DNA of 64,000 bases. It comes from Candidatus Kapaibacterium thiocyanatum. Its GTDB lineage: Bacteria; Bacteroidota; Ignavibacteria; Kapaibacteriales; Kapaibacteriaceae. Numbering within the stretch: position 1 is the first letter of the stretch; every line of letters starts with the position of its first letter. The stretch covers positions 309,735 to 373,734 of the forward strand of contig MKVH01000003.1 in the NCBI GenBank assembly GCA_001899175.1, read 5' to 3'. Of the stretch, positions 1 to 10,400 are shown one piece after another. The notes beneath the pieces are model-generated. The model worked only from the letters and a program-made list of their open reading frames with translations. It was not told the origin of the DNA and ran no database searches. A program made the position numbers and the translations under genes.

Positions 1-1
1 C

Positions 2-913
2 AAGGGTGGACCCGACGGCGGCAACGGCGGTAACGGCGGCGACGTCGTCGTCGTGGCCGACAAGCAGCTTGGTACTCTTCTCGACTTCACCTACAAGCGT
101 CATTACAAGGCCAAGGACGGAGAGCGCGGTGGAAAGTCCAACTGCACCGGCCGCAGCGGCAACGACGTCATCATCAAGGTCCCGTGCGGAACTGTCATCC
201 GTGACAGGGAAACCGGGGATCAGATCGCGGACATGGAAGCCGACGGCGACACGGTCGTCGTAGCCCACGGCGGGCGAGGTGGCAAGGGCAACAGTGAATT
301 CACGACGGCCACGAACCAGACGCCGAGGACGGCCGAGGACGGTACGCCGGGCGAAGAGCTCGAGCTCGAGCTCGAGCTCAAGCTCCTTGCCGATGTCGGC
401 CTGGTAGGCTATCCGAATGTCGGGAAGAGCACGCTCATCTCGAGCATTTCGGCGGCCAGGCCGAAGATCGCCGACTATCCCTTCACCACGCTCGTACCCA
501 ACCTGGGAATGGTCAAGGCCGGGGACTACCGCAGTTTCACCGTAGCCGACATCCCGGGGCTCATCGAAGGGGCGCACGAGGGCAGGGGACTCGGTCTCCA
601 GTTCCTGCGTCACGTCGAGCGGACGGCCGTTCTCCTCTTCCTCATCGACGCGCGTTCGGAGGATCCGGAGGAAGACCTCCGGGTACTGCGCAACGAGCTG
701 GAGCAGTACGACGAGGCCATGATGGATAAGGAGTGGCTCGTCTGCATCAGCAAGTGTGACACGCTCACGGCGGAGGAGCGGGCCGAGCTGGAACATCATC
801 CCTTCGTGAAGCGTCATCGTGCCCGGATGATATCGGCCGTTGCGCACGAGGGGCTGGATGAGCTCGTCCGGGTATTGTGGACGTACGTCGAGAGACAACG
901 GCAGGCGCTCTGA
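2..913 (+). CDS. obg: GTPase Obg/CgtA, 5'-truncated by the window edge
   Basis: Reading from nt 2 gives KGGPDGGNGGNGGDVVVV... (glycine-rich Obg fold), then LELKLLADVGLVGYPNVGKSTL (G1 P-loop), DIPGLIEGA (G3) and SKCD (G4). TGA stop at 911-913. The track's start at 53 is an internal GTG. Confidence 0.95.
   Translation, partial: KGGPDGGNGGNGGDVVVVADKQLGTLLDFTYKRHYKAKDGERGGKSNCTGRSGNDVIIKVPCGTVIRDRETGDQIADMEADGDTVVVAHGGRGGKGNSEFTTATNQTPRTAEDGTPGEELELELELKLLADVGLVGYPNVGKSTLISSISAARPKIADYPFTTLVPNLGMVKAGDYRSFTVADIPGLIEGAHEGRGLGLQFLRHVERTAVLLFLIDARSEDPEEDLRVLRNELEQYDEAMMDKEWLVCISKCDTLTAEERAELEHHPFVKRHRARMISAVAHEGLDELVRVLWTYVERQRQAL
356..385 (+). repeat. Tandem palindromic hexamer (GAGCTC)x4 plus AAGCTC inside obg
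   Basis: Read directly: gagctc gagctc gagctc gagctc aagctc. It encodes ELELELELKL immediately before the Obg G1 motif. Confidence 0.9.
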
Positions 914-1445
914 ACGTCAGGAAATGAATTTGGCACATGAGTTGTAGAGTATGATCCGCCACTAAGGTCGGTGGTCGGAAGTGGTCAAAACGGCCAGTTC
1001 CGACATTCGGGCTCGTGTCACTGTGGAGTTCGCTTCACAGGTATGTGTACGTAGTAGTTCGTACACATCGTTTTGTGCATGACGACGGGGAAATGAGGAG
1101 TGATGAAGAACCATCATATCGTTGGGACACCACGGCTTGACACAGGTTTCTGTGCCAAAAAATGGTTTGTTTATCACTCGGGTCGGCGATATTTTAGCGG
1201 CGCTTTAGAGACGTGCACTTCCGCGTGCGGGGGTGTATTGCGCCGTTCTGCCACAATGGAACGGTACACGAGAGGCGTATGAATCAACGGTACACCGGAG
1301 CTGGACGGTTGAGGACAGTTCCCTCTGCACATATGAACGAAACGAGGCGCCATGAGCGCCTTTCGGTGTTTCCGGTCTTTACTACCGCAACAATCGATTT
1401 GACAACATCAACCATTTCAATCTTTACACTCTTTCGGAGGATCGT

Positions 1446-4400
1446 ATGAATCGTTTCGATTCCGCGTATCCCTCACAACGGCAACGCAAGTCTGGCAGTA
1501 GCTGGCTACTTGCGATGTTGTTGTCGGCTATTGTAGCCGTCGGCCTGCTACCAAGCAGTGTTGTGAGGGCGCAGACTCTGACGGTTACGGGCGCACCGAA
1601 CCCCCAGTGTTCTGGGTCGTCGGTCACTCTAACCGCTACAGAGGCGGGGTTACCGGCCAATTCCGGTTACGCCGCTGCGGGTCTGGCATACGCAGCACCG
1701 GTTGCTGCGGGTGCGGCCAACAACGTCGTCCTTGGTGACGACCAGGTGTCGGCCCAGCAGCTCGCGGCTGGCCAAGTTTTCAATTTCTTCGGAACGCCGA
1801 TCGACCTTGGTGTCAACGGCTTCTACATCGGCTCGAACGGCTTCATTACGTTCCGTAATGATCCGCTCGCAACGCAGATCAATCCGAAGAATCTGGCGGC
1901 ACCTGCCGTCGGCGAGTCGTACAACGCCATCTATCTGGCCAACACGGACCTTTCGCCGCAAGCCGGCGGACAGATCTGGTGGGAAGTCCAGAACATCGGT
2001 GGTGGTAACGTTCTCGTCGTGACGTTCGACGCGGTTCCGATGTATAACTATCAGAACCCCGGTGTGAACGACGGCGATGTCGTTACGGTTCAGGCGCTCC
2101 TCTATCTCCAGGGCCATCCGAACGATGGTCGCATCGAGATCCGTGTCACGCTCATCAGCGATCAGGATCCGGGCGCTCCGGCGAATCAGCAGGAGTACTC
2201 CATCGGTATCGCCAACAATTGCCAGCCTCCGGCTGCAGTTGTCGGTCAAAGCCAGGACAACCCCGGCGCCGATGTCGTCAATGCCGCCTATAACTGGGAT
2301 CCGGCAGGTCCGGCCATCACGGTCACGAGTGTCGAATTCTTCCAGGTCGGCGGTGGTTCGCTGGGTGTAGACAATACGTCTCCGTATAACGCGGTCGTTT
2401 CGTCGCCCACGGCTGCGAACGTCGACTATTATGCGGTTGCGACGCTGTCCAACTGTACGACGGTTCAAGCTCCGGATTACCAGGTCACCTGGATCCAGTC
2501 CCCGACGGCATCGCTGCCTGTAGGCAACGCCAACGTCTGCTCGGGTACGGGTAACTCGTATTCGTTCACGCAGACGGTTCCGGGTTCGACCTTCCAATGG
2601 TCCGTTCCTGGTCTCACCGCCGGTGTCGACTATACGATCACGCCGAACGCTACCTCGTCTCCGGTCACGATCACCTTCAATCCTAGCGCAGCTTCGATCG
2701 GTGGTACGCCGCAGACGATCCGCGTCGTTGAAACCGGCCCTGGTGTTCCTGCCTGCGTCGGCCCGAACAACGACCTTCCCGTTACGGTATACCTCACGCC
2801 TTCCGGTCCGATCACGGGCGGCACGACGCCGATCTGTGCTCCGGCTACCGGTAGCTCCGCTACGGCTCCGTTCACGGCTCCTGCCGGTACGGGCTATGCG
2901 TGGTCCTTCAACCCTGCACTTCCTGCATCGGTTGCTCCGTATGTAACGATCAACACGCCTTCGGCTTCGTCGACGACGGTCACGCTGACCAGCGGCTTCA
3001 CGCAAGCCGCCAGCCTGAGCCCGGTTGCGACCACGCTTCAGGTCGTCGTCACGACGGGTGCCGGTGTGACGTGTACGTATACGACGACGACGTCGATCAC
3101 GTTCAACCCCGCTCCGATCACGCGTACGATGACGTCGGTTCCGACGTCCATCTGCCCCAACCAGAACATCACGTTCTCGTTGGACGGTGGCGCGACGGCG
3201 AACAACATCGCATGGTCGTTCAGCGGCGTTCCGGGTTCCATCATCGGTTCCGCTGGCGGTCCTGGCCAAACCAGCGCTGTGATCAACTTCACGGCTGCCG
3301 GTACGGCAACGGTCAACGCTCTGGAAACGACGGGTGCCGGTTGCACGCGTACGCACACGCAGACGTTCACGGTCAATCCGCTGCCGACGCCGACGGTTGC
3401 CGTCGCTTCGCCGGTTTGCCAGTACGTCGCTCCCGTGGCAGGTAATCCTTCCTATCAGACGAACCCCAACCCGCTGCAGTATGTCTATACGGTAACGGGT
3501 GCTCCCGCCGACGGATATCGCTGGCAGGTCACGAACGGTATCATCGTTGCTGTCAACGGTGTACCGGGTGCCTACGCCAACCCGTATCCGAGTGCCGGTA
3601 CGTTCACGACGGGTGCAATGCAGATCACCGTTCAGTGGACGGCTCCGGGTGCAGGTGTTCTCCAGGTATGGGAACAGAACGTAACCACCGGTTGCGTCGG
3701 TACCAATACCTATAACCTCACGGTCAATCCCACGCCGACGGCTGCCAACATGTCCCTAACGGGTCCTGGCATTTCGGCTGCCAATCCTTGCGCCAATTCG
3801 ACGGGCAACGTCTATACGTTCAACACGGCCGCTGCCGATAACAGCAGCTTCACGATCACGGGTGGTACGATCACGGCCGCTCCGGATCCGGGTGGCGTTG
3901 TAACGGGTGGTGGTACGGGTGCTACGTATACGGCCGCCGCTACGGGTACGCTCCAGGTAACGTGGGGTGCCGGTACGTCGGGCTCCATCAGCCACGAATA
4001 TTCGAATGCCGGCGGTTGCTCGGCCATCGAAGTCTACACGATCACCATCGAGCCGCTTCCCTCGTTCCTCGTTTCGGGTCCGACGGCAGCTTGCGGTGGT
4101 TCCTCGATCGCCTTCAGCGTATCCGGTCTCACCAATGGTGGTGTTCCGGCCTATGCATGGTCGCTCACGGCGAACCCCGGTGGTCTCGCCACGATGGTCG
4201 GTGCCGGCAACGGTCCGTCCGAAAGCTTCAACCTGACGAATCCGATCACGGCTACGTCCGGTCCGTACACGGTTCAACTCCAGGTGACGAACACCGTCAC
4301 GGGTTGCTCCAACACGAACACGGCGAACTTCACGATCGTCCGCACGCCGGCCGCTCCGGTCATCGGTGGTACGGGTACGGATCGTTGCGACGCCGACGTC

Positions 4401-7400
4401 GTAGCGGCAGGAACGTATACGATTACCGCCGAAGCCGGTATGGCATGGACGGTAACGGTCACGAACGGTCTCTTCAACGGTACGTCGGCTACGGCTACGG
4501 GTGTCGGTACGGGCGCTCCCCAGAACCTGCCTTCCGTAACGTGGACGAACAACACGCCGGCGCCGATCGTCGGTTCGTTCTCCGCTACGCAATCCAACAC
4601 GTTCGGTTCGACGACGTGTACCAGCCCTGCCGGTACCGCCAACGAGAACATCAATCCTCGTCCGATGGCCGTAGGCACCACGCCTTCCGGCACGCCGTAC
4701 GTCGATTACAACCCGCCGGCTCCGTTCTGCCAAACGCAGACGCCCCTGCCGACGATCACGATCAACAATGCTGAAGCCGGTATCGACTATTACTGGCTGG
4801 CCAGCATGGACATCGACTTTGGTAGCGGCTTCGGTATCAATGTCGGTCCTTCGAACAACGTGACGGTCGCTGGCTGGAATGCCGGTAGCGTCGTCTACGG
4901 TATCCAGGCTGTCAACCCCGTCACGGGTTGTATGCGCGTATCGATCATCACGATCACGGTCAACCCGGCTCCGAACACGACCTTCACGGGTAACTTCGGT
5001 CCGGTCTGCCCCAACGGCGAAACGGTAGCTACGTACAATCCGAACATCGCGGATGAGAAGTACTACGTCACGTCGCCGATCGTTGTCGGCTCGAACTACA
5101 ACTGGACGGTTACGAACGGTTACATCGTCGCTTACAGCGATAACGGTGCAACGGTAACGAACACCATGCCTCTCTCGACGACGTCGCAAATCACGACGTG
5201 GTCGGGTAACTACGGTGCGGAAACCGCTCCGTTCGTCGTCGTACGCTGGACGGGTCCGAACCCTGGCAAGATCAAGGTCACGGAAATCCGCCAAGGCGGT
5301 GCAGGTTGCTCGTTCACGACGCCTGACTTCCCCGTCATCATCAATCCTTCGGTCATCCCGACGGTATACTCGCTCGGCTTCGGTGCTTCGCCGACGCCCG
5401 CAACCCTGCCTGACATGTGCGCCGGCGCCTCGCCGCTCGTAGAACTGTCCGGCTCGGAAGTCGGTTATAGCTATACGCTCGAGATCTCCGCAGACGGCGG
5501 TACGACGTGGGGCGCCTCTACGGCTCTCGCTCAGGCCGGTACGGGTGCGGTCATCACGAACTGGGCTATCCCCGCAGCCGATCTGCCGTACACGGGTTCC
5601 ATGGGTTCCATCACGACGTACCTCGTACGCACGGTGGTGAACCCGAACGGCTCGTGCCCCGGTTATCTCGCTTCCAACAACATCACGATCAACGTCCATC
5701 CGAACCCGGATGTCAAGACGGTGACGGCTACGACCGTTCTCTTCTGCGAAGGTCAGCCCATCCCTGTCGACGTCGCTTCGACGGATGCATGGATCACGTA
5801 CACGCTCGAGCGCCGTTCGCTCCCTGGTGGCGTCTTCGCCAGCACGGGTGTCTCGGCTGCCGGTAACGGCGGTACGCTCACGCTCGTCGACAACACCAGC
5901 CCCGCTGGTAGCGGCCCGCTCACGGCAGCTCCGAACTACGAATATCAGGTCGTCGCTACCACGACGTCGCTGCCTTCGTGCTCGGCAGTCATGAACGGTA
6001 ATCCGCAAGTGACGGTCTTCGCTCCGATCACGCCGCAAGTGGTAACGGTTACTCCGGCAGCAGTCTGCTGGAACAACGATGCCACCACGCTGACGGTCGC
6101 CAACACGCAAGACGGTGTGGAATACGAAGTCTACTGGGGTGGCGGCATGACGCCGTTCGTTCCCACGAAGCTTCAGCAGATCACCACGCCTACGGGTGCG
6201 ATCAACTTCGCGATTTCGCAAGCTGACATCCTCCAGATCCAGGCTACGAACCCCGGCGCTCCGGTCAACGTGACGCTGACGGTTCAAGGTCGCCTCTTCG
6301 TCGATGGTGTCACGATCACGCGTCCGATCCCGGTCGGTGGCTGCGAAGTCACGGTCGGTACCACGATGCTGACGATCAATCCGGAACCGACGGCTGCCAT
6401 CGTGCCGCCGACGTCTCCGATCTGTGGTGGTGACGTAGAGAACTACTCGCCCGTAGGTTCGAGCGCTGCTTATACCTACGAGTGGTCGATCTCCAACGCA
6501 CCGCTCGGCACCACGCCGCTTGCCGCCATGCCTTCCGGTCCTGGAACGGTCGATCCGTTCACGGTCACGTGGGGTCCGAACGATCTTGCCTGCAATGGTG
6601 TGAACAGCCCCATCACGGCAACGATCCAGCTCGTTCAAGTCGATGTCGTTACGGGTTGCGATGACACGACGACCGTCGATGTCGTGATCAACTCGGCCGT
6701 TCATGACGGCGACATCGAAGGCGATGCTACCGCATGTATCTATGGTGGTTACGAACAGCACGTCGAAGACTACGATGTGTATCGCACGACGTGCGGCACG
6801 GGTACGAACACGACGTGGCCTGCTGGTACGACCTTCCTCTGGACGATGCCGACGAGCCCGACGGGTCCGACGGGTGTCATCCGCTCGGGTCAAGGTACGC
6901 GCCACATCGCTGCCGAATGGAATACGACGGCCGGTACGGGTATCGCTCCGGTCACGGTTCTCGTTACGCTTCCGTGGGGCTGCGCAACGACGGTTACGAA
7001 GAACGTAACGGTCTACTCGCTCCCGACGCCGAACGTCACGGGTCCGGCTACGGTTTGCCAGAACCAGATGGGTGTGATCTACACGTCGACGCTCATCGCC
7101 GGTGACAACTACCTCTGGGAAGTTGTCGGTGGTACGATCGTCGGTGGTACGGGTGCAGGCACGAATGCCAGCCCCAGCGTTCTTGCCGGTCTCGGCCTGA
7201 ACACGATCACGATCGACTGGCTCGACATGCCGAATCCGACGGCTACGATCAAGCTCACGGAAACGTCCGTTCAAGGCTGTATCGCCGTGAACACGTATAC
7301 CGTAGATGTCACGCCGACGCCGACGCCGGTCGTAACTGGCCCGACGACGGCTTGCGACAACACGAACATCGTTCTCTCGACGCAGAACAACGCTCCGAAC

Positions 7401-10400
7401 AGCGTGTACACGTGGAACATCACCGGCACGACCGACCTTACGGGCGTAAGCATCGTATCGGGCGGCTCGACGGCCAGTGCCACGTTCAACACGGGTACCG
7501 TAACGCTGCCCGCTACCTTCGGTACGTTCACCGTCGAAGTGACGGAAACGTTCACGGTAACGAACTGCTCGAAGACGTCCGCTGCCTTCACGGTCACGGT
7601 CTACACGAAGCCCGCTCCGGCTATCACCCGCATCACGGCTGGTGGTGTCCTCGGCGCTGCATGCGTCGGTCAGACGGTCGTCTACGAAACCGCCAACGTC
7701 GCTGGTCATAGCTACAACTGGACGGTTGTCGGCGGCGCCATCACGGGTGGCCAAGGCACGAATCAGATCACGGTCGACTGGAACACGGTCGGCAGTGGTT
7801 CTGTGACGGTTGCCGAATGGGTCACCAGCACGCAATGCACGACGACGGTATCGCAACCCGTAACGGTCGTGAATCCGCCGGCTCCTGTCATCTCCGGTCC
7901 GGTCAATGTCTGCGGCGAAACCACGGCTACGTACTCCACGCCGATGGTCGCAGGCAACACCTACATGTGGACGGTCACGGGTGGCACGCTGACGACGCCG
8001 AACAACACGAACACGATCGGTGTGCAGTTCACGAGCCCGGCTTCGGGTTCCACGACGGCAACGATCGACGTCACGGAAACGAATACGCTGAGCGGTTGCA
8101 TGGCCATGGCCAACATCACGGTCACGGTCTATCGCCAGCCTGTCGTCTCCACGATCGCTCGCACGGATGCCGGCAATGCAAACCAGGCTTGCGTCGGTAC
8201 GTCGATCGAATACACGAGCGGTGCTACCGTCGCCGGCTCCACGTATACGTGGACGGTAACGGGTGGTACGATCACGGCCGGTCAAGGCACGACGACCGTG
8301 ATGGTTCAATGGACCGCCATCGGTAATCAAACGCTGACGCTCGTTGAAGAAACGACCGGTTCCCCGATGTGCGCCGCTACGTCGGTGCTCAACGTCTCGG
8401 TCGAAGATCAACCTGCACCTGCAATCACGGGCCCGAATACGAGCTGCACGGACAACACGGACACCTATTCGGTTGCCGCAGTTGGCGGTCACACGTATGG
8501 CTGGTCGATCGCTCCTGGCGTGAACAACACGGATTGGCAGATCACCACGGGCACGACGTCGGCAACGATGTCCGTCAAGTGGCTCATCGCCGGTACGTAC
8601 ACGATCACGCTGACCGAAAACAACGCTACGGGCAACTGCACGGCTACGACGACGGAAACGGTAACGGTATCGGCAACGCCGAACCCGGTCATCGCCCGCA
8701 TCGCTCCGGCCGGCGCACTTGGCCAGGCTTGCGAAGGTCAAACGATCACCTACAACACGGGTACTTCGGGTAACACGTATGTCTGGACCGTCGTCGGTGG
8801 TAGCATCGTCACCGGTCAAGGCACGAATCAAGTCGACGTCCTCTGGCTGACGGCTGGTAACGGCTCGATCACGGTAACCGAAACGACGACGGGTTCGACC
8901 TGCTCGAAGACGGTTACGCAAAACGTGAACGTCACGCCGCAACCCACGCCTGTCATCACGGGCCCGACGGTATCCTGCATCAACAAGATCCATACGTACA
9001 GCACGCCGGCTATCCCTGGCAACACGTACGCTTGGACGATCACGCCTGGTGTCGGTTCTGTTACGCCGGTCTTCGCTCCGATCGCCGGTTATCCGAACAG
9101 CAACACGATCACCCTTCAATGGATTCAAACGGGTCTCCACAACGTCGCTGTGACGGAAACGTCCATCGCCGGCTGCTCGAAGACCGTATCCATCGATGTC
9201 CAGGTGAATCCGATCCCGACTCCGGTCATCACGTCGACGACGGGCTTCGGCTCGCCGACCTCGCAGCGCCCGGGTCTGGTTTGCGAAAACAGCACGCACG
9301 TCTACACGACGGCCGCAACGCCTGCCAACGTCTACTTCTGGACGGTAACGGGTGGTTCGATCGTCAGCGGTCAGAACACGAACACGATCACGGTTCTGTG
9401 GGCCGGTCCGGGTGCAGGCACGGTGTCTGTCACGGAAACGGTTCCTGGATCGGATTGCATCACGACGGTAACGGAAGACATCGACAAGCGTCCCAAGCCG
9501 ACGCCTGTGATCACCGGCGCTGTTGATCCGTGCGAAAACAGCACGCAGGTCTACACCACGCCGTTCGTTGCCGGCAACACGTACACGTGGACCGTCTCCG
9601 GTCCTGCAGGTACGGTGTGGTCGCCGATCGCTCCGAATCAGATCTCGGTAACGTGGGGTGCTGCAGGTGCAGGCTCCGTCTCGGTTGAAGAGTTCGTTGC
9701 AGGTACGCTTCCGGCAGTCCCGGATCCGGCCGCTTGCGCAACGTCCACGACGCTGAACGTTACGGTTCGTCCGCTCCCGCCGGTTCCGACCATCACGGGT
9801 ACGACGACGGTTTGCGCTACGGACTACACGGACGTTCCGCCGACCATCAACCAGTACACCTATACCTCGAGCAATCCTGGTAGCGTTTCCTTCAACTGGA
9901 CGGTAACGGGTGGTACCATCATCAGCGGCCAAGGCACGTCCACGGTCGTCGTCGAATGGGCCAACGCAACCAACGCTCCCACGACGGGTACGATCACGGT
10001 TCAGCACACCACGATTCCGTGGGGTTGCACCACGCAGACCACGCAAGTGATCACGATCAACCCGCTTCCGAACCCGACGATCTCCGGTCCTCTGTCGGTT
10101 TGCCAGAACTCGATCCAGACGTACAGCACGCCTGGTATCCCTGGTAACTCCTACAACTGGACGGTGAGCGGTGGTAACATCATCCGCGCGGGTCAAACCA
10201 CGCCGAACGTAACGGTCGAGTGGACGCTTCCTGGCGCAGCTACGCTGTGGGTCACGGAAACGAACACGTATGGCTGCACGGCCATCAACCAGATCGACGT
10301 CATGGTGAACTCGCTGCCGAACGTAACGGTCACGCCTAGCGGTCCGACGACGTTCTGCCAAGGTGGAGACGTAACCCTCTCCGCTCCGCTCGGATTCTCC

